Part shown: positions 17,171 to 27,718 of the stretch, one piece after another
Position numbering within the stretch: position 1 is the first letter of the stretch
Layout: each line of letters starts with the position of its first letter
Source of the DNA: a virus
Direction: 5' to 3' (one strand)
DNA: 64,000 nucleotides
Virus record (IMG/VR): IMGVR_UViG_3300032245_000473
Span: 10,077-74,076 of that record
Translations under genes and position numbers: made by a program
The notes under the pieces: model-generated
Database searches by the model: none
Told to the model about the DNA's origin: nothing
The model's input: the letters and a program-made list of their open reading frames with translations, nothing else

Positions 17171-20100
17171 TGCCGCTGGCGGCGGGGCATACGAAACCTC
17201 CTCAAGAGGAAAGGGCAATGGCCCTTCCAAGGTAGTCAACCCCGGTATCGCTTCGTTTGCCTTTGAAATTCCCGGCATCGGGGACACCACCCACAAGGTC
17301 AAGCAGTTGACTGATGCTTTGCATGGCTTCAAGTCAGCCTTGGCAGGGATGTCGTCGTCCTTCCTTTCGGGTGCCTTCACTAACATCCTGTCTCAGATCA
17401 GCCGTGCTTCGGCTACGGCCACTCAGAATCTGAGTGGTCTGGCCGCTGCATCCCGTGGAGCAGGTGGCGGCGGCGGTGGTGGTGGCGGTGGCGGTGGCGG
17501 CGGTCGTTACGGGGGGTTCTCACCTAGCACCTCCTCAAACGCCGGTTTCGCCCAGAACTGGTCACGCTCCGCAGGAGGCGGCAACACCACTGGTGGTTCC
17601 GTGGGCGGAGCCGCAGCAGCCAACATGGGGACCACCATCGGTGGGGCGATCAACGACGTGACCAGTGGCTTCATTGAGGGCCTTCCCATCATCGGCTCCA
17701 TGGCTAAAGGTGTATTGGACTTCGCTGGTGACATGGCGATGTTCCCACTGCGATTCGCCAGAGAGCGAATCAACACCAACCGAAACGCTGCTGCGAGGAT
17801 GACAGCAGACCTCACGCCCTACCAGTGGCAGGGCGGCGGTAAGAAAGAGATGGACGCCATCCTCAGTTCCATCAAGAACATCCCCGGCAATATGAAGGGG
17901 GACGTTACTGACATCCTCAACGCTCTAACGATAGGTCGCCAAAGCGGTGCCATGGCCCCCCTTGGGGGAAACCTCGGTCAGGATAAAGCCAGCCAGTTCT
18001 ACAACATGATTGGCCAATTTCAGATGATGACTCCCGGTAAGGGAGCCAGTGAAGTGGCCAAGGTAGTTGGGTCCCAGATCAGTAATACACAGGCCAACCA
18101 GACAGCGGCCTTCTATACCGGTGGTACCTTCTCCCTGCTCAAAATGGGCGGGGGAATGAAGTCTGCGTCCGAATGGGCACAAGGCATCATGAACTGGCTG
18201 AAGAATCAGCGACCCGGCAAGGACAGAGGGAAGGTATTCAACTACGGTGAATTGCTGGCGCAGAACTTCCCCGGCTCAAACATCAACGCTTGGTTCGACC
18301 AAACCGGGGTTAGCCCGGAGATGCGTGATTACTGGTGGTCGTGGGCGCTTGCCTCAACGAACACCGGCATGGGCGGAGAGAAAATCTTTGACTACATGGG
18401 CGGTAATAGCGACGCAGAGAAACTTGCGAGCAACCAAGCATGGCGAAAGGCTGCTGCCACTACTGCTCTGACCCGCAACGAGTTCGGACTGGCTGGGCAG
18501 ATGACTGGCCAGTATGCCACGCGAGAGCGGTCTAACCAGTGGTTCAACCAAGCGATGGGCGCAGCGGTCAACCGGTTGGTCCCCGGTATGGCTAAGGGCG
18601 CTCTCGGGATGATCCAGTACATGCCCGATGAAGTCGAACAATTCCTATGGAACATCCTTGAGTCCTCCGGCCCCCTCGGCCAAATCGTTGGTGGCGGTAT
18701 CGGATGGACTGCCGCAGCAACGGCCGCAGCAACGGCTGGTGGTATGACCCCCCCCGGAGGTAGTGGGTCGCCAATTGTTCCTAATTCTGATGGGACTTCT
18801 TCTACAGGGGACATTGGCGATTACGGTGCTTACGGGGGTTCCAGTACTGCTGGTCTGCACCCCGATATGCGCCGAAAGGTAGACCGGATGATGCGGGATA
18901 ACCCGCGTTTGAAGGTGACATCCGGCCTTCGTGACGGATACACACAAGCCAAGTTGAAAAAGAAGGGCATTGGTAACTTTGGTTCAGGCGCACCATTCAT
19001 CGGTGATTTGGGTGATAACGGGGTAAATGGCCACGGCCAGCACTCTGGTGGGTGGGCAGCAGACCTCGGACCACGTTCGGAGTATGGGTGGATTGCTGCT
19101 AATGCTCATAAGTACGGCCTAGAAACTGGTGGACGCCATGGTGAGCCGTGGCACGTTCAGGCTGCTGGAACAGTTGGTGGGTTCTCCAAGCGCCGACGCC
19201 GGGGCACGGGCGACATTGGTGACTTGGGAGGGTGGCTTAGTGACACAATTTCCTCCATTCCCATCGTTGGTACGGCATTCGATATGGCTGGCGGGATCAT
19301 GGACGGTATTGAGATGATCGCAAAGACCTTGGGAGTGATGTTCAAGGGAATCCAGACGTTGGTTGGAATGTCGACCGGTGGGGGACTTCTTGACATGTCC
19401 AATCCCGATCCTTCACAGGTAGCAGCGAAGTCTCAGCAGTACATGAGTCTCATGGGGTTGGGGTCAGGAGCAGGCGTAAAGGCGGACGTGGTCCTCCCTT
19501 ACGACGCTGCGTTCGGTCGCGGATTGCCCACTCAACTAAACCTGTCTAACTCATGGCAGGGAACTTCCGGCTCTACTAGCGGCGGGGTTGGTAGCGGCGG
19601 GGTTGGTAGCGGCGGGGTCGGTAGTGGAGGCGGTGGAGGCGCATCGGGTTCAATGCCCGGGTCCGCCAACGTGCAGCGAATTCTTCAGAAGTACGCCGGG
19701 GGGACGTCGAGTGTCAACGCCAAGTCCGCCGACGCTGCTACTAGGCAGCGTATGGAGGTCGCCTTGCGTGCCGCCTCAGAAGCAGGGTTCTCTGGAGATG
19801 AACTGGTAGCCATCGTTTCACTTGCTGGGCGAGAATCAAATTTCCGCCCTGAGGCGTACAACGGAAACCTTGGTACTGGCGACAACTCGTACGGTCTGTG
19901 GCAGATCAACACCCTCAACGGTATGTGGGAGAACATGAGAGGCCCTCTTGGCCTGACTGACAAGAACCAGTTGAAAGACCCGATGATCAACGCCCGGGCC
20001 GCAAAGTACTTGTTCGATCAGAGCAGGACTCCGTTCTTCGCATGGGGTCCATACCGGGGAGATGCCCCTCTTCATGGCGGAGCAGAAGATTGGGTTCCGA

Positions 20101-20327
20101 CGGTGTACTCCGTGGCCAAGGCTGATGGGTACGTGGGCGACATTGGTGATCTTGGTGATTACTCGCAACGCTCGCAGATGAGCAGCAACATGACCATTCA
20201 GTTCAACAACCAGTTCCACCTGAACACGCAGGGTATGACCGGAGGCATGGACATCGGACGCCTTGTTCCGATCATGGCTGACCGGTTGGAGGAAGAAATG
20301 CGTAAGCGGTTGGCGGTACGTAGATGA
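17160..20327 (+). CDS. tape measure protein with M15-like peptidase and lytic transglycosylase domains
   Basis: 1055 aa, Gly/Ala-rich; VTSGLRD...H..GWAADL...EPWHVQ; RESNFRPEAYN...DNSYGLWQIN. Confidence 0.9.
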   Translation: MEPNAAGGGAYETSSRGKGNGPSKVVNPGIASFAFEIPGIGDTTHKVKQLTDALHGFKSALAGMSSSFLSGAFTNILSQISRASATATQNLSGLAAASRGAGGGGGGGGGGGGGGRYGGFSPSTSSNAGFAQNWSRSAGGGNTTGGSVGGAAAANMGTTIGGAINDVTSGFIEGLPIIGSMAKGVLDFAGDMAMFPLRFARERINTNRNAAARMTADLTPYQWQGGGKKEMDAILSSIKNIPGNMKGDVTDILNALTIGRQSGAMAPLGGNLGQDKASQFYNMIGQFQMMTPGKGASEVAKVVGSQISNTQANQTAAFYTGGTFSLLKMGGGMKSASEWAQGIMNWLKNQRPGKDRGKVFNYGELLAQNFPGSNINAWFDQTGVSPEMRDYWWSWALASTNTGMGGEKIFDYMGGNSDAEKLASNQAWRKAAATTALTRNEFGLAGQMTGQYATRERSNQWFNQAMGAAVNRLVPGMAKGALGMIQYMPDEVEQFLWNILESSGPLGQIVGGGIGWTAAATAAATAGGMTPPGGSGSPIVPNSDGTSSTGDIGDYGAYGGSSTAGLHPDMRRKVDRMMRDNPRLKVTSGLRDGYTQAKLKKKGIGNFGSGAPFIGDLGDNGVNGHGQHSGGWAADLGPRSEYGWIAANAHKYGLETGGRHGEPWHVQAAGTVGGFSKRRRRGTGDIGDLGGWLSDTISSIPIVGTAFDMAGGIMDGIEMIAKTLGVMFKGIQTLVGMSTGGGLLDMSNPDPSQVAAKSQQYMSLMGLGSGAGVKADVVLPYDAAFGRGLPTQLNLSNSWQGTSGSTSGGVGSGGVGSGGVGSGGGGGASGSMPGSANVQRILQKYAGGTSSVNAKSADAATRQRMEVALRAASEAGFSGDELVAIVSLAGRESNFRPEAYNGNLGTGDNSYGLWQINTLNGMWENMRGPLGLTDKNQLKDPMINARAAKYLFDQSRTPFFAWGPYRGDAPLHGGAEDWVPTVYSVAKADGYVGDIGDLGDYSQRSQMSSNMTIQFNNQFHLNTQGMTGGMDIGRLVPIMADRLEEEMRKRLAVRR
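19577..19625 (+). repeat. 15-bp tandem repeat x3 encoding SGGVG
   Basis: TAGCGGCGGGGTTGG repeated. Confidence 0.8.
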
Positions 20328-21985
20328 TCAACGCCGGAAATACCAACAACTATGTGGCCTTGGTGTCTGCTCCCTATGGGTTTACCGGGGCCGCTCCTTA
20401 CAACCAGTCTGATGTCCCCTCCCATTGGGCATCCAATAACGCCCTTTCACCGCAGCAACTAGAGCAGAAACTGGCGTATGAATGGCTGAACAGCCATGAG
20501 ATCAGCGGCGAGGACTCAAACCCACCGTTTACGTCAGGCGCATCGGGCCGGTTGATCCCCGGACTCAATGGCGGGCAGCGGATCGTGCGAGGGTACATCC
20601 GCAGGGCTAACTACGAAGCCAACGATGCCACAAGCAAGAAGCGGCTCTACTTCATGTATAACCCTGAGACGATTGTCAGGGATTACGTGTCGTACTTGGA
20701 CCAAGCCGCCTTGGACCCCTTCAACACCGTCTACGGTTCCAAGAACCTCGTCGCTCCCCCCTCGTTCATGAACTTCCGGTTCGACTTGTTCTTCGACCGG
20801 CAGGATGAAGTGTCGCAAGACATGAATAACCCCGGAGTGTTCGCTGACTACCAGTTCTTCGATCTTGTGGTCCGCAATGTCATACCCTCAAACCCGAATT
20901 CGGTCAGCAACCAGATTCCCGATAACGGTGTAATGATGGTGAACCCCCGTGACATCACGGTGGTGTTCAGCCCGCAACTGTCTGTGCAGGGTCGCCCCAT
21001 CAACGCACAGGTGGTCTTTGAGAAGTTCTCCAGTCGCATGACCCCTATCCGCATGCGGATCAGTCTTGAAATGCGTGTCGTCTACATCGGCCCCATGAGG
21101 GAGTTCTCTGAGTACACGATGGAAGCAGCGGTTACCAGCACTTCCGATACTGTCGCCGCTGACGATTCCGCAAACTTTACGCTTACGTACAACACTGTGG
21201 TGGCCGCTTCTGGCGCTAACTCCGGTATCGGTGCTTACACCCCGAGTGCGAATCCCCAGACTCAGTCAAATCTTGTCAATGTAGGCAACTTGGCAAATAT
21301 CGGTAACACCGCTGATGGAACCGGTGGTACCGCAAGTTCTCCTAATGGAAGGGTTCGCAGTAACGCCCTTCAATGGGCGATCAACCACGTAAAAGAGGGA
21401 TACACCCTCTACGACAACAACTTCGGGTTCCGTGGTAATGGCGTGGACCCGTCGGGGTTCCTGCGCTACGCCGATTGCTCCTCACTTGTGTGGTGGGCAT
21501 ACCGCAGTATCGGTATGTCCGAGAGAATGGGCTGGGGGAAGAACACCCCGGGGAATGTCCAGAGCATGCTGGACGCTATGATCAAGAACAACACCGGCTT
21601 GGTACTCCTTTCGTGGGACCCTGAATCTGCTGACCTAGCCAGAACTTGGTTCTCCGTCAAAGCCAACCGTGACAAGATGCTTCCCGGTGACCTCATCATC
21701 CGCGATAAGCGACTTGTGCCCGGTGCGCGCACCAGTCACGTAGCGTTCTTCAACGGATGGGCGGACAACGAAGGGAATTTCTTCAATGTCTTTGATGCCG
21801 CTGGTCAATCCAAGACTCCGCAGGTGGGCCACCGTAAATCTGGACATCTCGGCTGGAACCACAGTTCACTGCTGAACTTTGAGAATGGTGCCGGTGCTAC
21901 GCACATTGTTAGGCCCATTCCGCTTGGAGCATCCTCCGTCACTACATACAGCACTAACAGTCCTTACGCAGGGATTAGGTACTGA
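20324..21985 (+). CDS. tube initiator-like protein fused to NlpC/P60 peptidase
   Basis: LYFMYNPETI...F.LFFDR...F...M.P.R; C-terminal ADCSSLVWWAY...LPGDLI...HVAF. Confidence 0.8.
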   Translation: MINAGNTNNYVALVSAPYGFTGAAPYNQSDVPSHWASNNALSPQQLEQKLAYEWLNSHEISGEDSNPPFTSGASGRLIPGLNGGQRIVRGYIRRANYEANDATSKKRLYFMYNPETIVRDYVSYLDQAALDPFNTVYGSKNLVAPPSFMNFRFDLFFDRQDEVSQDMNNPGVFADYQFFDLVVRNVIPSNPNSVSNQIPDNGVMMVNPRDITVVFSPQLSVQGRPINAQVVFEKFSSRMTPIRMRISLEMRVVYIGPMREFSEYTMEAAVTSTSDTVAADDSANFTLTYNTVVAASGANSGIGAYTPSANPQTQSNLVNVGNLANIGNTADGTGGTASSPNGRVRSNALQWAINHVKEGYTLYDNNFGFRGNGVDPSGFLRYADCSSLVWWAYRSIGMSERMGWGKNTPGNVQSMLDAMIKNNTGLVLLSWDPESADLARTWFSVKANRDKMLPGDLIIRDKRLVPGARTSHVAFFNGWADNEGNFFNVFDAAGQSKTPQVGHRKSGHLGWNHSSLLNFENGAGATHIVRPIPLGASSVTTYSTNSPYAGIRY

Positions 21986-22317
21986 TGATCACTCCCGATT
22001 CCCGCTATCAAGATGCCACCAAGACCTTTACCGTGGGCCACACCTACGACGAATACGGTCGCATCTATCTGGATGGTGATGAGCCGACCCCGGTGCCGAA
22101 GACTGTCTCCCATGAGACATTGTTTCGTCTGACTACTCCCGCTCCTACCCCAGTCTCTCCTGTTACTTACATGGTCAAGGACGGTGAAGACCTGTCATTC
22201 ATCGCTTGGAAACTGACCTCGGCGCATAACAATTGGTGGCGCATTGCGGAAGCCAACCCGTCCATTTGGTACCCCTTGGACCTCACCACTGGTACGGCCC
22301 TAAAGGTTCCACTCTGA
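21985..22317 (+). CDS. LysM-like baseplate wedge protein
   Basis: SRY..., YMVKDGEDLSFIA...WWRIAEANP...L..GT.LKVP. Confidence 0.85.
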   Translation: MITPDSRYQDATKTFTVGHTYDEYGRIYLDGDEPTPVPKTVSHETLFRLTTPAPTPVSPVTYMVKDGEDLSFIAWKLTSAHNNWWRIAEANPSIWYPLDLTTGTALKVPL

Positions 22318-22318
22318 T

Positions 22319-23536
22319 ATGGCTGTCAACGCCTCCTTCGATGCTCAATTTCTCAACATCCCAATCCGTTCACTGTTCATCAACGGTGATGTGTTTCCTG
22401 TCGTAATCCGTGAGGTGACAATTGACAGGGGTCAAGGGGTCCACGACTCGGTCACGATGTCGGTGTTGATCCCCGGGGAAATGACCTTCAACGGAAATAT
22501 TCGTATCCCATACGACGATCCGACCTCCATATCACGGACTAGGGACGTGTCGGTATCGTCCTTGACCGGGCAGGCAGTCAACTTCACCTTCGGTATTTCC
22601 CCCAGTGTGGAACAGTTCTTTGGGTACGTAATTTCAATTACCCCTGACCAGCAATTCAAGCAGGGTTTGAACTACGTGATTCAGATGGTCGGCAGCACGC
22701 TGATTACACAGATACTGAACCGAAGGTTCTACACCAACATCACTGCTTCGCAGGTAGCCAAGAAATGCACGGATCGCTCACGTCTTGGATACCAAGGTGT
22801 TTCTACCTCTTACAGATGGCCTGCAATCGGGGTAACCAACGACACCGACTGGACTGTCCTCAACGCCATGGCTTCTGTAAGCGGCTGCATTCTCTTGAAT
22901 TGGGCAGGGGTGGTGAGGATGGTCGACCCCTTAGAACTGTTCCGTGAGTATCCGTTCACCACTCTGGTGCAGAGTGATGAGATTCTGGAATCCGACCGCA
23001 AGTTGATGGACTTCAAGCCTACGGAACACACAATTCGACAGGTCAGTAAGGCTCCTCAGCAGTTCTACTTCTTCGATGCTGGCGGCGGAGTGGTGTCTCA
23101 TATTCAGCCCACTGCCTCAAAGGCTGACCCAGTGCCTTGGTTCAAGAGTCCTGTCCGTAGCCGGGAAGAAGCCGAGGTGTATGGAAACGCCTCCGTCAGG
23201 AGCCTGTCCCGGTGGCTTCAGGATGCTTCTGCGCGTATCAAGGGAGACGCTTCGATCTACCCCGGGGTGACCGTGGATGTGAACACCGGCACACGTTCAT
23301 CCAGCGCAAAGTTCAACGGTAGGTGGTTGGTAACCCACGTAAAGCATTCAATGAAGCGTGACGCTTACGCTACCGAACTAACGCTCACCCGACCCGGAGC
23401 CAGTATCCCCGCTCTGACTAAGTCGTCCTTTGAGCATTTCTGGCGTAACTCTCCGAAGGCCCGCCCCTCGCTTAGTCTTCGTAATGGCCAATGGGTGTCA
23501 TCATGGGCAGACCCATTTGTGGAGGTAGCAGTCTGA
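22319..23536 (+). CDS. baseplate hub protein (gp27/late-control-D-like)
   Basis: FFGYV, TASQVA, TDWTVL, GDASIYPG, FNGRWLVTHVKH. Confidence 0.85.
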   Translation: MAVNASFDAQFLNIPIRSLFINGDVFPVVIREVTIDRGQGVHDSVTMSVLIPGEMTFNGNIRIPYDDPTSISRTRDVSVSSLTGQAVNFTFGISPSVEQFFGYVISITPDQQFKQGLNYVIQMVGSTLITQILNRRFYTNITASQVAKKCTDRSRLGYQGVSTSYRWPAIGVTNDTDWTVLNAMASVSGCILLNWAGVVRMVDPLELFREYPFTTLVQSDEILESDRKLMDFKPTEHTIRQVSKAPQQFYFFDAGGGVVSHIQPTASKADPVPWFKSPVRSREEAEVYGNASVRSLSRWLQDASARIKGDASIYPGVTVDVNTGTRSSSAKFNGRWLVTHVKHSMKRDAYATELTLTRPGASIPALTKSSFEHFWRNSPKARPSLSLRNGQWVSSWADPFVEVAV

Positions 23537-23937
23537 TGCAAGCAATCAAGTTTCCGTTCTCTGTTTCAAACGGTCGAACCGTTCAGTCCACGTCGTCCTA
23601 CGAGGAAATCGTGCGCGGCCAAGTCGTTGACGCTCTCATGACCAACCAAGGGGACCGCGTTTCTCGAGCCAACTACGGCTGCGACATCCAGTCAGCCCTC
23701 TTCGACCCGTCAGACGAACTGGTCAGGGCCGACGCCGGTGCCTACATCAAGGATAAGTTGCAGAGATTTGTTCCTAGGTGCGTGGTCAACTCGGTACGCA
23801 TTGAATCACCGGACAATGAGGCTGGAGTAATCTACATCTCGGTGGCATACCAGACCTCGGTGTATCAGAACGAGCAGACTTTGAGGGTGCCCGTGAGTAG
23901 CGAATTCATTCAGCGAAGCATTGGGGGCACGGTATGA
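23536..23937 (+). CDS. baseplate sheath-initiator (gp25/gpW-like)
   Basis: IKFPFS...LMTNQGDRV.R.NYGC...LFDP. Confidence 0.9.
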   Translation: MQAIKFPFSVSNGRTVQSTSSYEEIVRGQVVDALMTNQGDRVSRANYGCDIQSALFDPSDELVRADAGAYIKDKLQRFVPRCVVNSVRIESPDNEAGVIYISVAYQTSVYQNEQTLRVPVSSEFIQRSIGGTV

Positions 23938-25661
23938 CCGACCAAGGTGTAATCATCACATCGGAGGATTTCCGAAAGACCCGAAGCCGGGCTGTGCTGG
24001 ACTACACCTCCAGAGACTTCGCCGCCATTCGCGCCCAGTTGGTTGGACTCGCCAAGGGATTCATGCCTGAGTGGGAGACGGTCGGGGAAGCCGGTGACTT
24101 CGGAACCCTTCTGCTGGAACTGTTCGCCTACATGGGCGATGTCATGCACTTCTACATTGACCGAACCGCTAGCGAGGCGTTTCTTGGAACCGCAGTGCGT
24201 CGTCAGAGTGTGCTGTACATCGCTGACATGTTGGGATACAAGCCCATTGGGCAGCAGGCAGCATCGGTAATCCTTACTTTTTCCATGGCAGACGCTGCCG
24301 CTCTGGAGACTGCGCTGGGTCTGACCACGGCTGAGGCGCTGGATTATTCGGTCACTATCCCTGCTGGAACCCGGGTTACAAACAGCACAAACACTGCCGA
24401 CTCGCAGGCAATCTTTGAGACGGACTACGAGTTCACCTTGACCCCCGGAACCTCCTTGGAAGTGTTCGCTACAGAGGGTGTGACCATCAGCAACGAAGGT
24501 CTGGGTAACTCCAAGGGCACGCCGAACGCCACCTATCTGGTTCCCAACACCGGGGTCATCAGCAACTCGGTGGAGATCACTACGCGTGAAGGAGGGAACA
24601 ACATTCGGTGGACGTATGTATCCGAAATCTCCTTGGCTCGTCCGACCCAATCCGCATTCACCACCTACTTGGACGATGAAGGCCGCACCTTCTTGGTGTT
24701 CGGGGACAATTCCGCCGGGCGAATCCCGCCGTTCGGCTCTGAAATCTTTGTCAGTTATCGGTATGGCGTGGGCGCTTCAGCCAACGATTTGTCCCTAGGG
24801 TCGCTCACTGTTCTGGTCCCCCCTACCGGTGTGGACATCTACGGCATCTTTGTCACCAACGGTGCGCCGCCGATTGGTGGCGCAGACCATGAGTCTGTTG
24901 AAAGCATGCGGTACTCCATTCCACGTTCTACTGGTCGGCTGAAGTCACGCGCCGTAACTCTCAACGACTACGCCGACCTCGCTTTGCAGGTCCCCGGCGT
25001 AGCCAAAGCCGTATCATTCGGCACGTTGTACACAGCCGTACATGTCCGTGTTGCGCCCGTCGGCGGCAACGCCAATGACGCCTACATGGCTCGGCTGAAC
25101 GCCGCAGTTGAAGATCATTTGAGGGACAAGGTTCTGGTAGGAACCCATATCTATTCAGAACCAAGTACCGCTGATGACTTGTGGCTGGACGCTTACCTGC
25201 GTATCACGGTGCATGTGCAGCCTGCGTACAACAAGACGCAGGTGCGTAAGGCTGTGGAAAACTCTGTGAGAAGTCTGTTCGCCTTTGACAATGTGGATTT
25301 CGGCACCCGTATCTCGCTTGGTCAGGTATACCGGGCCTGCCTTACTGTCCAAGGCGTCGAATGGGCAGAGATTCGGTGGTTGGATTCAGTTGCCCCTTCC
25401 AATACGTCAATGGAAGTAACGCTGGACCAAGACGACGATGTCCGCAAGATTCAATCGCAGGGGTTGGCTCCTGACGAACTGCACATCGTCCGCATCAAGA
25501 CTTTCGTTGTGGACGCCGCCCTGTTGGCTCGGTACCCAGATTCCACACTGGGAGCCACGAATGTTGTGGAGTCGGCAGCATATTGGCCTGACCTTTCGCT
25601 GGACGAACGCACCCACGATGGTCTGTGGGTAAAGGCTGATGGAGGGTTGGTCGGGACATGA
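23934..25661 (+). CDS. baseplate wedge protein (gp6/J-like)
   Basis: LDYTSRDFAAIR, DFG.LLELFAY, FGD..GRIP, GGAD.ES, RAVTLNDY. Confidence 0.93.
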   Translation: MTDQGVIITSEDFRKTRSRAVLDYTSRDFAAIRAQLVGLAKGFMPEWETVGEAGDFGTLLLELFAYMGDVMHFYIDRTASEAFLGTAVRRQSVLYIADMLGYKPIGQQAASVILTFSMADAAALETALGLTTAEALDYSVTIPAGTRVTNSTNTADSQAIFETDYEFTLTPGTSLEVFATEGVTISNEGLGNSKGTPNATYLVPNTGVISNSVEITTREGGNNIRWTYVSEISLARPTQSAFTTYLDDEGRTFLVFGDNSAGRIPPFGSEIFVSYRYGVGASANDLSLGSLTVLVPPTGVDIYGIFVTNGAPPIGGADHESVESMRYSIPRSTGRLKSRAVTLNDYADLALQVPGVAKAVSFGTLYTAVHVRVAPVGGNANDAYMARLNAAVEDHLRDKVLVGTHIYSEPSTADDLWLDAYLRITVHVQPAYNKTQVRKAVENSVRSLFAFDNVDFGTRISLGQVYRACLTVQGVEWAEIRWLDSVAPSNTSMEVTLDQDDDVRKIQSQGLAPDELHIVRIKTFVVDAALLARYPDSTLGATNVVESAAYWPDLSLDERTHDGLWVKADGGLVGT

Positions 25662-27718
25662 GTGACCTCTGGAATGAGGTAACGCCCCCGGCGTTCACCG
25701 TCCAGCGTGTCACTACTGATGGCACAGGCGGTGACTTTGTTAGGGGCCGCCCTGCTCGTCAGAATGCTCTTCGATACAGGGCTAAGAGCATCACCACAAA
25801 CACAGCCAGCGACAAGATCGCCGTCAAGTCGTCAATGACGGCGGTTCCCTCTGACTACGGAGTGATTGAACTGTCGTGGGCTTGGCCAGCGGCGTACAAG
25901 GATTGGTCAGAGGTAGCCATCGTCCGGTCAGGTATGGGACACCCCAGCACCGTCAACGACGGGGTTACGGTGTTCATGGCGCATAGCGCCACCACCATCG
26001 TGAACGAGTTTGACTATCAGTTCTACGACGAAGAGGGTAACCCCCTGACCATCACTATCGAAGACCGGGACTTGCAACCCGGTCGTTGGTACTACTACAC
26101 ACTGTTCTTCCTCACCACTTACTGGGAGCCTGTGATGTTTGCGGAGGCGTTGACGCCGCGCAACTTCGGCCACTTCGACCACCTCTTCTCCCGAGTTCCT
26201 GAGTATTACCGGTGGGTCGACGCACGATTCCGTGGGGAACAGGGTTACCTTCAGCAGTTCCTCAAGTCGTTCGGCTTTGAACTGGACTTGACTCGGGAAT
26301 ATGTTGAGTCTTGGCAGGACACGTACCACTTTGACAACAGCCCTTGGCCGCTTCTCTATCAAGTGGGCCTCAACCTCGGTGTAGGTAGGGACGACGGTCT
26401 TGGGGAAGTTCGGTCACGGTCACTGATCAGCCAGATCAATACTCTGTACGACAAGCGTGGAACCACCGCTGGGATCAAGGGAGTCATCGAAGCGGCCTCC
26501 AAGTATGAGGCTGCTCTCAGCAGCGGACGGAATCTGATGCTGCTCCCCGATGACAGCGAGTTCGTACAGGGCTATGGAAACTGGCTCCTCAGCGAGTTTG
26601 GTCTTCCTTACACCGCTCACCATGTGAGCGCCCTCGCTCGGGCAAGGGCCTTCAATGCCCTAGTAACAACGACCTACATCACGTACAACATCACCAACGT
26701 ATCGCTGACTAGTAACGTGGCTGAGGTCACTACCTCAACCGCCCACAACTTCTCAGTCGGCAACATCGTCACGGTGTTTGGTGTCGACGCCTTGTTCAAC
26801 GGAACCTTTACGGTCACTGCCACGCCAACGACAACCACGTTCAGGTACGCATTGGTTAGTGCAAATGTTGCATCCACCTTGGCCTCGGGCGAGGCACACG
26901 CTGAACGCAACACATTGGCCACACGCACATCGACCTATGCCGATGCTGCCAGCGTGGCATACGACGCTTTCATTCGCACCACTCCTCCCGACACTCGCCA
27001 TGTCGCCTTGACCACCCTGTCATCGGTTGGAACCGTGTCCAGCGGAATCACGGTGTTGGACGTAGCACCAGAATCCGGTGTTGGAGTTCTGGCGGTCAAC
27101 GTAAGTGACACGTTCGGCACCGGTGATGTCTCATTGACGTGCGGAATAGGGACCGCCGATAACGGCGTAGAGATGTCCCCCAAGTACAACGGCATTCCTG
27201 TGGAGCCAAATATCCGGTACGGCTTTACGTGTCAGTACAAGTATGGCTCCAACGGGTTCATTGGTGCAGTGAACACCAGTAGTTCTGTAACTGTAGGGAT
27301 TCTCTGGTACGACCGAAATGAACTGTTGATTGGGTCTGACTGGTACACCGTTCCTGTAACCGGCGGGTGGCAGGAACTTGTCGTTTACGGGGTAGCCCCT
27401 TCCACCTACACCAGTGTTTCCTTTGGTGAGGCAGTCGGTGCAGCGTTTGATGCTCGTACCACAGGTACGTTGATCGCCGTGGCTCCTGCACCGATCAATG
27501 CCTCACTGCGGTATAACGCCCCTACGGAAGCGCAGTATGCCATTCCCTACATCACCGTGGCAGAACGAAACAGCGGTGATGACTTCCGAATGATGGGCTG
27601 CATGTTCTACGCCGCTGGTAAGGCGGGTGAAGCGGCACCGCTCGCCCCGGACATCTACCTCACGCTGGGCACCGATGAACTCATTGGTGTCGCCTCTGGA
27701 AAGGTGATCGGCGGATAA
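25658..27718 (+). CDS. baseplate wedge protein (P2 gpI-like) with carbohydrate-binding-like C-terminus
   Basis: WYYYTLF, LFSRVPEYY, LQQFL..FGFELD, YDKRGT..GI; inserted TTSTAHNFSVG beta-barrel. Confidence 0.75.
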   Translation: MSDLWNEVTPPAFTVQRVTTDGTGGDFVRGRPARQNALRYRAKSITTNTASDKIAVKSSMTAVPSDYGVIELSWAWPAAYKDWSEVAIVRSGMGHPSTVNDGVTVFMAHSATTIVNEFDYQFYDEEGNPLTITIEDRDLQPGRWYYYTLFFLTTYWEPVMFAEALTPRNFGHFDHLFSRVPEYYRWVDARFRGEQGYLQQFLKSFGFELDLTREYVESWQDTYHFDNSPWPLLYQVGLNLGVGRDDGLGEVRSRSLISQINTLYDKRGTTAGIKGVIEAASKYEAALSSGRNLMLLPDDSEFVQGYGNWLLSEFGLPYTAHHVSALARARAFNALVTTTYITYNITNVSLTSNVAEVTTSTAHNFSVGNIVTVFGVDALFNGTFTVTATPTTTTFRYALVSANVASTLASGEAHAERNTLATRTSTYADAASVAYDAFIRTTPPDTRHVALTTLSSVGTVSSGITVLDVAPESGVGVLAVNVSDTFGTGDVSLTCGIGTADNGVEMSPKYNGIPVEPNIRYGFTCQYKYGSNGFIGAVNTSSSVTVGILWYDRNELLIGSDWYTVPVTGGWQELVVYGVAPSTYTSVSFGEAVGAAFDARTTGTLIAVAPAPINASLRYNAPTEAQYAIPYITVAERNSGDDFRMMGCMFYAAGKAGEAAPLAPDIYLTLGTDELIGVASGKVIGG

